DNA of 64,000 bases. Origin: Erythrobacter sp. (GTDB taxonomy: Bacteria; Pseudomonadota; Alphaproteobacteria; Sphingomonadales; Sphingomonadaceae). A model generated the notes under the pieces. That model was not told the DNA's origin. It was given only the letters and a program-made list of their open reading frames with translations, and made no database searches. The DNA is taken from positions 105,336-169,335 of the forward strand of contig JBKBLZ010000001.1 of the NCBI GenBank assembly GCA_046296035.1. Direction: 5' to 3'. This document shows positions 1 through 12,078 of this stretch, in pieces (positions within the stretch are counted from its first letter, which is position 1; each line of letters opens with the position of its first letter). The position numbers were made by a program, and so were the translations under genes.

Positions 1-1
1 G

Positions 2-2080
<2,079 letters not shown>

Positions 2081-2083
2081 TCC

Positions 2084-2692
2084 TCAGCGCGGCTCGCGGA
2101 TCATGGGTTGCAGCGGCGGGCTGCCTGGCGCGGGATGGATCGGCTCGCCCAGCACCACAAAACCGCAGCTGGCGTAGAACCCGGCATTGGCGGGGTTGGA
2201 GTTTTCGAGATAGGCGCGGGTGCGCGTCCGGTCACAGGCATCGAGCACGGGAGCGATCAGCCGCCGCCCGAGACCGGTGCCGCGCGCGTGCTGGCGCACG
2301 CCGATGCTGAACAGATAGGCATGGGGGAAACCGGGATGGCGCGCCTCCATAGCCCGCCCGGTCAGAAGACCTCGGCCGATCGCCCCCGGCCCTGATGCCA
2401 GCAAGGTGTTGGCGGCAAAGCGCAGGTAATCGCCGGTTCGAAAGGCATTGTCGCCGCCGGGCATCATCCACATGCAGGCACCGTCATCGCCTGCGCTGTA
2501 GCACAGCCCGCGCGGGCCATAGATGCGTTTGGCCTGCAACAGGAACAGCGCGCGGATCCCCGCGAAATTGCGGAACAACCACAGGTTGAACGGATCGTTG
2601 CGAAACGCCTCTGCGGTGATCTCGCCTATCCTTTGCGCCTCGGAAGGGCCAGCCCGGCGGATACCTTCGGGCCATGTGATGCTGCATTCCAC
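2084..2692 (-). CDS. GNAT-family N-acetyltransferase
   Basis: YLFSIGVRQHARGTGLGRRL acetyl-CoA motif A, AYLENSNPANAGFYASCGF; start at GTG 2692 is uncertain. Confidence 0.85.
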   Translation of the reverse strand: MECSITWPEGIRRAGPSEAQRIGEITAEAFRNDPFNLWLFRNFAGIRALFLLQAKRIYGPRGLCYSAGDDGACMWMMPGGDNAFRTGDYLRFAANTLLASGPGAIGRGLLTGRAMEARHPGFPHAYLFSIGVRQHARGTGLGRRLIAPVLDACDRTRTRAYLENSNPANAGFYASCGFVVLGEPIHPAPGSPPLQPMIREPR

Positions 2693-2870
2693 GCGCGGCC
2701 TCCTGTGCCATCGGCATAGCATTGGTGAGATATCGGCGATAGGGCGCCGGTGTGCCGATGATCAGTGTCCTTGCTGCCAGGTTTTTCGTGACCGCGCTGC
2801 TCTATGCCAGCGCCGGGCAGGGCGGGGGTTCGGCCTATTCGGCGCTGGATCAGCAGCGCGAGCACGGGGT

Positions 2871-3232
2871 TCAGCGCAAAGCCGCATAGCCCGCCAGCAG
2901 GTTGGAGGGCCGGCCATCGGCGATCTCGGCGATGCGGCTGGTGTAGCCCCACTGTCTGTCGAGCGCGAAAAGCAGGCCTGATGCGGTGCCGACCACCCTT
3001 ATCGCAAGCAGCGGCGACCATCCGCCTTCGAGGCGATGCCAGGCCAGACGCTGGTAGAGGTAAGACGCTGCCAGCGCTCCCACTGTGGCGCCAAGCGTCA
3101 GCGCCATCACCTCCATCGCGCTGCCCGCCGCCGCCGTGCGACTTCTCGCACGGCGCGCACCATGCACACGCCCGCGCGCTGGCTGGCATAGCCGATCAGG
3201 AAGATGAAGGCGGTGGAAAAGGCAAGGATCAT
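2871..3232 (-). pseudogene. Fragmented YeeE/YedE (sulfur-compound transporter) family gene
   Basis: 3107-3232 encodes MILAFSTAFIFLIGYASQRAGVCMVRAVREV (YeeE-like G-x-A-x-QR-x-x-x-C motif) then stops; a different frame carries a hydrophobic segment WSPLLAIRVVGTASGLLFALDRQWGYTSRIAEIADG; together far shorter than a full YeeE. Confidence 0.55.
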
Positions 3233-3313
3233 GGCCGGCGCATGTCGAACCAGCAAACGGCCTGTTGCAATCGCCACGAAGCGATCATCCGAAGAACGGG
3301 AAAGGAAAGAAGA

Positions 3314-3388
3314 TGGCTCCCCGAGTAGGATTCGAACCTACGGCCAAGTGATTAACAGTCACCTACTCTACCGCTGAGCTATCGGGGA
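3314..3388 (-). tRNA. tRNA-Asn(GTT)
   Basis: Reverse complement TCCCCGATAGCTCAGCGGTAGAG...GACTGTTAATC...GGTTCGAATCC...GGGGAGCCA; anticodon GTT, encoded CCA. Confidence 0.97.
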
Positions 3389-3507
3389 GCAACTCTTCCA
3401 AGCGGTCTAAGGAAGAGCGGAAGCGCGCCTATATGGGCGCCGCTTGGCGATTGCAAGAGGGTTTTGAGCGACGTTTGGCACCTTTGAGCAATTCGGCTGC
3501 GCAGGCA

Positions 3508-3588
3508 GCCGCAAGGCCGACCGGCCGTCCGCAGCGGGCGCAGCTTGCTGCGCGTCTAGCGAGGAGCGCACGCCGGAGGGCGTGCGCA
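3508..3588. repeat. Intergenic GC-rich palindromic repeat, family A, copy 1
   Basis: Core CAAGGCCGACCGGCCGTCCGCAGCG (3512-3536) matches 26544-26568 and the reverse complement of 36780-36804; terminal hairpin GCGCACGCC-GGAG-GGCGTGCGC. Confidence 0.75.
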
Positions 3589-3590
3589 AG

Positions 3591-4388
3591 TCAGCCAGTT
3601 ACAAACTGCTCGGCGACGATCCGCTCTTCGAGGCTCTGGCCCTTGTCGAACAGCAGCGTCAGCGCGATCTGCTGCGAGATCTCGAGCCGCACCTCCGCGA
3701 TGTCGCGCAGTTCTTTCTGGTCGGCCACCGCGGCGACCGGGCGCTTGGCCGGGTCGAGCACGCGCAGCACGATCCTCATCCGGTCGGGCAGGATCGCCCC
3801 GCGCCAGCGCCGCGGGCGGAACGGGCTGATCGGGGTCAGCGCCAGCAGCTTTGAATCCAGCGGCAGAATCGGGCCATGGGCGGAAAGGTTGTAGGCGGTC
3901 GATCCCGCCGGGGTTGCCACCAGCACCCCGTCGCATACCAGCTCGCTGATTCGCACCCGATCACCCACGGTCACTTCGATCTTCGCGGTCTGGCGGGTTT
4001 CGCGCAGCAGCGAGAGTTCGTTGATCGCGCAGAATTCGTGGCTCTCGCCGTCCTGCGTGACGGCCACGACCTGCAGAGGCGCAATCGTCCAGCGCCGGGC
4101 CTTGGCGACTCGCGCTGCGATCGCCGCGCGCTTGTCGTAACGGTTCATCAGGAAGCCGACCGTGCCCAGGTTCATGCCATAGGCCGGGATCACGCGGCCG
4201 GCATCGATCATCATGTGCAGTGTCTGGAGCATGAACCCGTCACCGCCCAGCACCACCACCGCATCGGCCTGTTCGACTGCCACCCACTCGCCCTGCGCCA
4301 GCAGCGCGGCATGAGCCTCCTGCGCGCGCGGGGTGTCCGACGCGAGCAGCGCCAGGCGCTGGAAAGGCGTGCCGTTGCTCGTCATCAT
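3591..4388 (-). CDS. nadK: NAD kinase
   Basis: LGGDGFML, GTVGFLMN, AINE, DGVLVATPAGSTAYNLSAHGPILP. Confidence 0.95.
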   Translation of the reverse strand: MMTSNGTPFQRLALLASDTPRAQEAHAALLAQGEWVAVEQADAVVVLGGDGFMLQTLHMMIDAGRVIPAYGMNLGTVGFLMNRYDKRAAIAARVAKARRWTIAPLQVVAVTQDGESHEFCAINELSLLRETRQTAKIEVTVGDRVRISELVCDGVLVATPAGSTAYNLSAHGPILPLDSKLLALTPISPFRPRRWRGAILPDRMRIVLRVLDPAKRPVAAVADQKELRDIAEVRLEISQQIALTLLFDKGQSLEERIVAEQFVTG

Positions 4389-4537
4389 TCCCTCTACCGT
4401 TTCGCTTGCCACAGGTTGGCCACTTATCCCCGGCGCAGTGCTAGCGGATCGCCCTGATGTGCCAGATCGGCGCGGATTGCAATTGATGGAAGGCAGCCGC
4501 GCATTCTGCGGCTAAAGCAAGCAGGGAAAGGGCGCAG

Positions 4538-5368
4538 ATGGATCAGGGCCGGACATCGCTGAGAGGGTCTGCGCGTGGCAGTTTTCCCGGCGTGCGCGCG
4601 GGCGTGCTCGAAGCCGATCTGCTGCGCGCGCTTGACCGGCGCGAGATCGAGGTGCTGTTCCAGCCGCAATTCGCCTGTGTATCGGGAGCCGTGACCGGGG
4701 CCGAGGCGCTGGCGCGCTGGCGTCACCCGACCCTTGGCGAGATCGGCGCGCGCGATCTGTTCGCGATTGCCGAGCGCGCCGCGCTGGTCGCCCCGCTCTC
4801 GCGACATGTGGTCGCCCGGGCGTTGGAGGATGCCGGCACCTGGCCGCACAATCTCACCCTGTCATTGAACATCACGCCCGAAGAGCTGGGCGACCCGCGC
4901 TTTGCCGCCGATTTCGCGGCGCTGATCGGCCAGTCGGGGATCGCTCCGCAGCGGCTGATGCTGGAGATCACCGAGGATCTGCTGCTGAGGAACCTGCCGC
5001 AGGCGGCCAGCGCGCTCAAGGCACTGCGCGGCCTCGGTTTTCGCACGGCATTGGACGATTTCGGGGCGGGGTTCTGCAATTTTCGCTATTTGCGCGAACT
5101 GCCGCTCGACGCGCTCAAGCTCGACAAGGTGATGGTCGAGGGCGTGCCGGGCGATGCCACCGCGCTGGCGGTGTTCCGCGCGATCATCGGACTGGCCAAA
5201 GCGCTGGGCCTTGCCATCTATGCCGAAGGGATCGAGACCGAGATCCAGCGCGCCGCGATCACCGCAGAAGGCTGCGACTATTGGCAGGGCTTCCTTCGCG
5301 CTCAGCCGATGCCGAGCGATGCGGTGCTGGCGCTGGCCCGCACCGCGCGCGGGATGGGGCACGGATAA
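4538..5368 (+). CDS. Stand-alone EAL-domain c-di-GMP phosphodiesterase
   Basis: FQPQ, AEALARW, SLNIT, LEITE, ALDDFGAG, LKLDK, AEGIE, QGF motifs. Confidence 0.9.
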   Translation: MDQGRTSLRGSARGSFPGVRAGVLEADLLRALDRREIEVLFQPQFACVSGAVTGAEALARWRHPTLGEIGARDLFAIAERAALVAPLSRHVVARALEDAGTWPHNLTLSLNITPEELGDPRFAADFAALIGQSGIAPQRLMLEITEDLLLRNLPQAASALKALRGLGFRTALDDFGAGFCNFRYLRELPLDALKLDKVMVEGVPGDATALAVFRAIIGLAKALGLAIYAEGIETEIQRAAITAEGCDYWQGFLRAQPMPSDAVLALARTARGMGHG

Positions 5369-5385
5369 CTCACAGCGAGAGCCGG

Positions 5386-5413
5386 GGAGGAGCGCCCCTG
5401 AAATCGCTCCTCC
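5386..5413. terminator. Hairpin between convergent EAL and TonB-receptor genes
   Basis: GGAGGAGCG-N10-CGCTCCTCC inverted repeat; no clear poly-U tract. Confidence 0.45.
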
Positions 5414-5431
5414 ACAGCCTGTTGCAAACCT

Positions 5432-7996
5432 CTAGAACTCGACGCTCACGCGCCCGTAGAGGAACCGCCCGCTGAAGCCGAACGGCGACTGCGAGGAATA
5501 GGGCAGGAAGGAATTGTTGAGGCCGAAGTTGAACCCGTTGACCGTGCCGAAGGGCAGGCGATCGGGATATTCGTCAAGCAGGTTGTTCGCACCCACCGCC
5601 ACCTGCACCATTTCGGCCGGGTTGAAGCGCGCTTCGAGATCGACCACCCACTTGGGCGACAGCGTGATATCACCCGGTGCCGCGCCCTTGGGGATGGTGA
5701 TGTCGCTGTTCGAGCCGACCGGCAGGAACACCGACCCAAACCGGTTGGCACGCAGTGATGCGCCGAACGGCTCCATTTCCCAGTCGAGCCCGATATTGAG
5801 CTTGTTCGACGGCTGCCCATCGGTCAGTCGGAAGCTTTCCGGACGCGCGAACAGGCGTTGGGCGTTGAAGCCCAAGATGGTCGCGCGGTCGGTGATCTTG
5901 GCATCGTTGATGTTGTAGCCCGCTGTCAGGGTGAAGCGGCCCGCGCCGAAATCGGGGACGCGGTAGCTGGCCACGATATCAAGGCCCTGCGTGCGGGTAT
6001 CGATCCCGTTGATGAAGAACCGCGCCGAGGTGCCGACCACACCTGCCGCCTGCAACAGCGCGACCACATCGGCCCCTTGCAGGTTTTCGGTCAGCACGAT
6101 GCGGTCGGTGATCTTGATGTTGTAGTAATCCACCGTCAGGCTCAGTCCGTCGACCATGGTGAACACCATCCCGGCGCTGAGGTTGACCGATTCCTCGGGC
6201 TTCAGCGGCTGGGCGCCAAGAGCGACGGCGATCGGCGAATTGACCGGGAAGGTGCCGATCTCGATCAGCCCCACGCCTGCAACATTGTTGGTCGAGGTGG
6301 TGGAGAAGAACTGCTGGGCCATGCCCGGCGCGCGGAAGCCCGTCGACGCGGCACCGCGCAGGGCGAAGCCTTGAACCGGCTCGAAACGCGCGGCGATCTT
6401 GCCGTTGAAGGTGTCGCCGAAGTCGGAGAAGTGTTCGTAGCGCCCGGCTACCTGCAGGTTGAACATGTCCGAGAAATCATTGTCGATTTCGATATAGGCA
6501 GCAAAGCTGTCGCGCGAGGCATCGACCGCGGTGGAGGGCTGGAAGCCCGGGAACACCTGCGCGCCTGGCGCTGCGCCGTTGGAGAAGGTGAACGGCCCTG
6601 CGATGTAGCTTGCTTCCTCGCCTGGCACGATCTTGTAATTCTCGTTGCGCCATTCGCCCCCGAGCGCGAGCGAGGTGTCGCCGATCCCCAGATCAAGGTC
6701 GCGCTGGGCATCGAAATTGACCGAGGTCTGGCCCGAGCGCAGCCCGCCCGCATCGAATTCGGTCGGGCTGACCAGCCCGCCGAGCGAGGCATTCCAGCTG
6801 TTCGATACGCCGTAATCGAGCCGGTTGCTGCCGTAATTGATCGACAGATCGAGGTTCCAGCCGCCGGTCTCGCCGCGAATGCCGAGCACCCCGGCAATAT
6901 CTTCGATGTCGGAATCGATCTGCGGCAGGAAGCCGTCCGGATAGAACGGCTGGCCACCATTGGCAAAGTCGCGGTTCCGCGAATCGAGCGAGCGGCGATA
7001 GAAGCCCGTGCCGTTGGCCTTGCGGTTGCCATAGCTGCCAAAGGCATAAAGTTCGAACCCGTCGCCAACTTCGACCCCGGAGTTGATGAACAGGTTCACG
7101 TCTTCCGATTTGCCGTCACCGAACCGGTGATTGTAGCGGTTGAAGGTGGTTTCGCGCGGATCGCCGATGCCCGAATACTGGCGCCGGATATCGGGGCCGG
7201 AACGGTTGGTGGGATCGCGGTCCTTGTATTCGGCTGTGACGTTGACATAGGCCGTCTCTCCCACCGGAATACCGAAGTTGGCGGCCATGGTGATGGTGTC
7301 GCCGTCGCGGCGGCGGCGGTCGCGGCCGGTGAAGGTGATGACCGGATCACCGCTCGCGGCGGTGGTCGGCGAGACGGTATCGACCTGCGCGACATCTTCC
7401 ATCGTGGTGATATATTTGCCGTAGGTCACCTGCGCACGGCCACCTTCGCGCTTCTTCAGCTGGATATTGATCACCCCGGCGATCGCGTCCGAACCATATT
7501 GCGAGGCTGCGCCATCGCGCAGCACCTCAATGCGCTCGATCGCCAGCGGCGGGATGGTGTTCATGTCGACACCGGTCGAACCGCGCCCGACCGAGCCGTT
7601 GAGATTGAGCAGCGCCGAGGAATGCCGCCGCTTGCCGTTGACCAGCACCAGCACCTGATCCGGCGCAAGGCCGCGCAGCGTTGCCGGACGCAGCGAATCC
7701 GTGCCATCGGTGAGCGAGGGCTGCGGGAAGTTGAACGAGGGCACGAGGTTGTTGAGCAGGCGGTTGGTCTCGGTGGTGCCCTGATTGACCAGCGATTCCG
7801 CACTGATCACGTCAATCGGAACCGTGCTTTCGGAAACCGTGCGGTCGGTGCGGCGGGTGCCGGTGACGATGATGATGTCTTCGGGTGCGCTGCGTTCGGT
7901 TGCGCCGCTGTTCTGGGCAAGCGCGCCATGTGAGGCGCAAGCAAGCGCGATAGCCGACAGCCCGCTGGTAGCGGTGATCATCGAGCGGATGGACAT
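5432..7996 (-). CDS. TonB-dependent outer-membrane receptor
   Basis: Signal peptide, TonB box DIIIVTGTR, plug LRGLAPDQVLVLVNGKRRH and IERIEVLRDGAASQYGSDAIAGVINI, C-terminal Phe; GAGG RBS before ATG 7996. Confidence 0.95.
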   Translation of the reverse strand: MSIRSMITATSGLSAIALACASHGALAQNSGATERSAPEDIIIVTGTRRTDRTVSESTVPIDVISAESLVNQGTTETNRLLNNLVPSFNFPQPSLTDGTDSLRPATLRGLAPDQVLVLVNGKRRHSSALLNLNGSVGRGSTGVDMNTIPPLAIERIEVLRDGAASQYGSDAIAGVINIQLKKREGGRAQVTYGKYITTMEDVAQVDTVSPTTAASGDPVITFTGRDRRRRDGDTITMAANFGIPVGETAYVNVTAEYKDRDPTNRSGPDIRRQYSGIGDPRETTFNRYNHRFGDGKSEDVNLFINSGVEVGDGFELYAFGSYGNRKANGTGFYRRSLDSRNRDFANGGQPFYPDGFLPQIDSDIEDIAGVLGIRGETGGWNLDLSINYGSNRLDYGVSNSWNASLGGLVSPTEFDAGGLRSGQTSVNFDAQRDLDLGIGDTSLALGGEWRNENYKIVPGEEASYIAGPFTFSNGAAPGAQVFPGFQPSTAVDASRDSFAAYIEIDNDFSDMFNLQVAGRYEHFSDFGDTFNGKIAARFEPVQGFALRGAASTGFRAPGMAQQFFSTTSTNNVAGVGLIEIGTFPVNSPIAVALGAQPLKPEESVNLSAGMVFTMVDGLSLTVDYYNIKITDRIVLTENLQGADVVALLQAAGVVGTSARFFINGIDTRTQGLDIVASYRVPDFGAGRFTLTAGYNINDAKITDRATILGFNAQRLFARPESFRLTDGQPSNKLNIGLDWEMEPFGASLRANRFGSVFLPVGSNSDITIPKGAAPGDITLSPKWVVDLEARFNPAEMVQVAVGANNLLDEYPDRLPFGTVNGFNFGLNNSFLPYSSQSPFGFSGRFLYGRVSVEF

Positions 7997-8095
7997 GGGG
8001 TGTTTCCTCGTTGCTATAGAGACTTTGAAACACCTGAAAATTGCAGTCGGCTCCCGCAATGCAAAATATTATTGCCACCGCGGCGCGTTTATCGC

Positions 8096-8125
8096 TGCAT
8101 ATGTGGCATTTTGGTTACATTTGCA
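8096..8125. promoter_or_regulatory. Imperfect inverted repeat upstream of TonB receptor (putative operator)
   Basis: TGCATATGT-N12-ACATTTGCA in an AT-rich intergenic region. Confidence 0.4.
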
Positions 8126-8147
8126 GATTGGCGCAAGGCAGCCGCCG

Positions 8148-11100
8148 TCAGGCTGCCCTGTTCGCCTTCGCCGCCTTCTTCGCGATTCCGCTCAGCCCCT
8201 TGGTCAGCTGGAACAATCCGTTCAGCCGGCTTTGCGGATCGCCCCAGGCGCGGTTGATCACCAGCTTCATGTCGGGGCGCAGCCTGGCGGTATCTTTGCC
8301 GCCCTCGTTCAATCGCGCGACATAGGCGATCAGGCCCGCAGGATCGGGGAAGTCGTCCTGGTGGAAGCCCACCAGCGTGCCGCGCGCCCCCACATCGATC
8401 TTGGCGATGTTGGCACCGATCGCCTGATGCTTGATCTCGATCAGGCGGATCAGGTTCCTGGTTGGTTGCGGCAGGTCGCCGAAGCGGTCGATCATTTCAG
8501 CGGCGAGGCTTTCGATCTCGGTCTGGCCCTCGGCCTGGTTGAGCCGGCGGTAGAGGCCCATGCGCACCGCCAGATCGGGGACGTAGTCTTCCGGGATCAT
8601 GATCGGGGCATCGACGGTGATCTGCGGGGTGAGCTTGTCGCGCGGTCGTTCAAGGCCCATCTCGCCTGCCTTGGCCGCAAGGATCGCCTCCTCGAGCATC
8701 GCCTGATAGAGTTCGAAGCCGACTTCGCGGATGTGCCCCGATTGCTCGTCGCCCAGCAGATTGCCCGCGCCGCGAATGTCGAGATCGTGGCTGGCGAGCT
8801 GGAAGCCTGCCCCGAGACTGTCGAGATCGCCCAGCACCTTCAATCGCTTTTGCGCCACTTCGGACAGGGCCACGCCCGCCTCGTGGGTGAGATAGGCATA
8901 GGCGCGCAGCTTGGCCCGCCCGACGCGCCCGCGCAACTGGTAGAGCTGGGCGAGGCCGAAGCGATCGGCACGGTGGATGATGATGGTGTTGGCGCTAGGG
9001 ATATCCAGCCCGCTCTCGACAATGGTGGTCGAGAGCAGCACGTCATACTTGCGATCATAGAAGGCGCCCATCCGCTCCTCGACCTCGCCCGGGCTCATCT
9101 GGCCGTGGGCGGAGACGAATTTCACTTCCGGCACGTGTTCGCGCAGCCATTCCTCGACCGTCTCCATGTCGGAAATGCGCGGCACGACGATAAAGCTCTG
9201 CCCGCCGCGGTGATGCTCGCGCAGCAGGGCTTCGCGGATCACCATGTCGTCCCACTCCATCACGTAGGTGCGCACTGCGAGGCGGTCGACGGGAGGGGTC
9301 TGGATGGTGGAAAGTTCGCGCAGGCCCGACATCGCCATCTGCAAGGTGCGCGGGATCGGGGTGGCGGTCAGCGTCAGCACGTGAACGTCGGTGCGAAGCT
9401 GCTTGAGCTTTTCCTTGTGGGTGACGCCGAAGCGCTGTTCCTCATCGACAATCACAAGGCCCAGGTTCTTGAAACGGGTGGTCTTGGAAAGGATCGCATG
9501 GGTGCCGACGACGAGATCGATCTGGCCGCTTTCCAGCCCTTCGCGGGTCTCGGCTGCTTCCTTGGCCGAGACGAGGCGGGAGAGGCGGCCGACCTTCAAT
9601 GGGAAGCCGGCGAAGCGTTCGGCGAAGTTCTGGTAGTGCTGGCGGGCGAGCAGGGTGGTTGGCGCAACAATGGCCACCTGTTGACCGTTCATTGCCGCAA
9701 CAAAGGCGGCCCGCAGCGCGACTTCGGTCTTGCCGAAGCCGACATCGCCGCACACCAGCCGGTCCATCGGGCGACCGCTTTCGAGGTCAGCCAGCACATC
9801 GGCAATGGCGCGTTCCTGATCCTCGGTCTCGGCCCAGGGGAAGCGGTCGGTGAACTGGCCGAGCGCAGCGGGATCGGCGGACAGGGCCGGGGCCTGCCGC
9901 AGCGCCCGGGCAGCGGCGACCTGCATCAGCTCGCCCGCAATGGCGGTGATGCGTTCCTTGAGCTTGGCACGGCGGCGCTGCCACGCCTCGCCGCCCAGCC
10001 GGTCTAATGGAACCGCCTGTTCGGACGAGCCGTAGCGGGTGAGGACATCGATATTCTCGACCGGTATGAACAGCTTGTCCCCGCCGGCATATTCCAGCGC
10101 GACGCAATCGTGCCGGCTCTTGCCGACAGGAATGGGTTCGAGGCCGAGATACCTGCCGATCCCGTGTTCGATATGAACCACCAGATCGCCGCGTGACAGC
10201 GCCTGAAGCTCGGCAAGGAAGGCATCGGAATCCTTGCGCTTCTTCTTGCGCCGCACCAGCCGGTCGCCAAGCACGTCGGCCTCGGTGAGAAGTTCCAATG
10301 TGTCGCTGGCAAAGCCGGTTTCGAGCGGCAGGACCAGCACCGCGATCTTGCCTTTGGCAGCGAGCCCGAGGCCTTGCTGCCAGCTTGTCGCCAGCGCGGT
10401 GGGCGCTCCGGCCTCGTCGAGGATCGCGGCGATGCGCCGCGCGCTGCCGGTGGAATAGGCCGCAAGCAGCGGTTTGCGACCCGCCTTGGCGACCGCCTTG
10501 AGATGCGCGGCGGCAGCGTCATAGACATTTTCCGAGCGCCCGCGCTCTGGCGCGAAATCGCGCGCCGAGCGGAAGCCGAAATCGACGCTCGTCGCGCCTT
10601 GCGCTGCGGCAAAGCCGGAGGCGCGATGGGCCGGTAGCGCAGCCAATGCCGCATCGAACTCGGCACGGGTGAGGTAGAGTGCTTGCGGAGCCAGCGGGCG
10701 GTAGCTGCCCTTCTTCTCGCTCGCTATCCGCCTGCGCTGTTCGTGGTAATCAGCAATGTCGGCAAGCCGCTCATCGGCGGCGGCAATGGCACTGTGGTCG
10801 ATCACCACCAGATCGCCCTTGCCCAGATGGTCGAACAGCGTGGCCAGACGCTCCTCGAACAATGGCAGCCAGTGCTCCATCCCCGCCAGCCGCCGCCCGT
10901 CGGACACCGCCTCGTACAAGGGATCCTGCGTGGCATTGGCGCCGAACAGCTCGCGGTAGCGGGTGCGAAAGCGCCTGATGCTGTCCTCGTCCAGCAGCGC
11001 TTCGGAAGCCGGGAGCAGCAGGTGCGAATCGATCCGTTCGACGGTCAGCTGGGTCGCCGGATCGAACAGGCGCAGGCTCTCCAGCTCGTCCCCGAAGAAA

Positions 11101-11663
11101 TCGAGCCTGAGGCCTGCATCGAGGCTGGAGGGGAAGATGTCGACAATCGAGCCGCGCACTGCGAATTCGCCGTGGTCGATCACCGTGTCGGTGCGGCTGT
11201 AACCCTGCCGGGTGAGCAAGGCAGCGAGGCTTTCGTGGCCGATGGTGCTGCCGACGCGGAATTCCCGCACCGATTCGCGGATGCGGAAGGGGGTAAGCAC
11301 CCGCTGGAGCACGGCGTTGACGGTGGTGACCAGCAATTGAGCCTGTCCCGCCGGGTTTCGCAACCGGTGCAGCGTCGACAACCGCTCGGCACTGATCGAC
11401 AGGGCAGGGCTGGCGCGGTCATAGGGCAGGCAGTCCCACGCCGGGAAGCTCAACACGTCGACTTCGGGCGCGAAGAAGCGGGCGGCTTCGGCCGCGGCCC
11501 GCATCGCTGCCTCGTCCGCGGCGATGAACACCGCGCGCTGCCCGCCTTTCACCCCATGCGCCGCGCGTGCAAGATCGCCCAGCACCAGCGGCAGGCTCCC
11601 GCGCGGCAGCGAGGACAGGGTCAGCGGTTCGTGCGCCGACAGGATGCGGTTGAGGTCAGCCAT
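8148..11663 (-). CDS. mfd: Transcription-repair coupling factor Mfd
   Basis: [10 protein letters not shown], CarD-like [58 protein letters not shown]-terminus. Confidence 0.98.
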   Translation of the reverse strand: MADLNRILSAHEPLTLSSLPRGSLPLVLGDLARAAHGVKGGQRAVFIAADEAAMRAAAEAARFFAPEVDVLSFPAWDCLPYDRASPALSISAERLSTLHRLRNPAGQAQLLVTTVNAVLQRVLTPFRIRESVREFRVGSTIGHESLAALLTRQGYSRTDTVIDHGEFAVRGSIVDIFPSSLDAGLRLDFFGDELESLRLFDPATQLTVERIDSHLLLPASEALLDEDSIRRFRTRYRELFGANATQDPLYEAVSDGRRLAGMEHWLPLFEERLATLFDHLGKGDLVVIDHSAIAAADERLADIADYHEQRRRIASEKKGSYRPLAPQALYLTRAEFDAALAALPAHRASGFAAAQGATSVDFGFRSARDFAPERGRSENVYDAAAAHLKAVAKAGRKPLLAAYSTGSARRIAAILDEAGAPTALATSWQQGLGLAAKGKIAVLVLPLETGFASDTLELLTEADVLGDRLVRRKKKRKDSDAFLAELQALSRGDLVVHIEHGIGRYLGLEPIPVGKSRHDCVALEYAGGDKLFIPVENIDVLTRYGSSEQAVPLDRLGGEAWQRRRAKLKERITAIAGELMQVAAARALRQAPALSADPAALGQFTDRFPWAETEDQERAIADVLADLESGRPMDRLVCGDVGFGKTEVALRAAFVAAMNGQQVAIVAPTTLLARQHYQNFAERFAGFPLKVGRLSRLVSAKEAAETREGLESGQIDLVVGTHAILSKTTRFKNLGLVIVDEEQRFGVTHKEKLKQLRTDVHVLTLTATPIPRTLQMAMSGLRELSTIQTPPVDRLAVRTYVMEWDDMVIREALLREHHRGGQSFIVVPRISDMETVEEWLREHVPEVKFVSAHGQMSPGEVEERMGAFYDRKYDVLLSTTIVESGLDIPSANTIIIHRADRFGLAQLYQLRGRVGRAKLRAYAYLTHEAGVALSEVAQKRLKVLGDLDSLGAGFQLASHDLDIRGAGNLLGDEQSGHIREVGFELYQAMLEEAILAAKAGEMGLERPRDKLTPQITVDAPIMIPEDYVPDLAVRMGLYRRLNQAEGQTEIESLAAEMIDRFGDLPQPTRNLIRLIEIKHQAIGANIAKIDVGARGTLVGFHQDDFPDPAGLIAYVARLNEGGKDTARLRPDMKLVINRAWGDPQSRLNGLFQLTKGLSGIAKKAAKANRAA

Positions 11664-11726
11664 GGTGTGTTCCGTCAAGCCCCGCGCGCCGGAGCGGTTC
11701 CCGTCAAGCGGCAGGGGCAGCGCGCC

Positions 11727-12005
11727 CTAGCGCGGAATATCGACGTAATCGAGCCGTTGCATCAGAGCGAGCAGCTCGCCCGCCAGATGCTCGGGCGGGG
11801 CTTGCGTTCCCAGCGCCCAGGCCATCACGTCGACATCGTCTTCGTCGAGCAGGGCTTCAAACCACGCCAGCGCGGCCTCGTCCCAGCCGGGGTGGTAGCG
11901 ATCGTAAAAACCGCCGATCATGTAATCGGCCTCGCGCGTGCCACGGTGCCAGCTGCGGAACTTTGCGCGCGCAAGCCGCTGTTCAAAGGAGGGCGTTTGG
12001 GACAT
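11727..12005 (-). CDS. sdhE: Succinate dehydrogenase assembly factor 2 (SdhE/Sdh5)
   Basis: FRSWHRGTREAD motif; usual alphaproteobacterial position between mfd and recG. Confidence 0.9.
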   Translation of the reverse strand: MSQTPSFEQRLARAKFRSWHRGTREADYMIGGFYDRYHPGWDEAALAWFEALLDEDDVDVMAWALGTQAPPEHLAGELLALMQRLDYVDIPR

Positions 12006-12078
12006 GGCGTTCACCTAGCCACAGCTTCCCGCCGCTTCAACTCGCAAAGACGCAACGTGAGTGATAGCGAAGGCAACC

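Noticed and set aside
5858-10007. Long plus-strand ORFs 5858-7933 and 7785-10007 (and similar ones at 23021-25510, 27707-29836, 40685-42604, 45496-47721, 60041-63199)
   Set aside because: Antisense shadows of well-supported genes, caused by high GC3 codon bias; no recognisable motifs.
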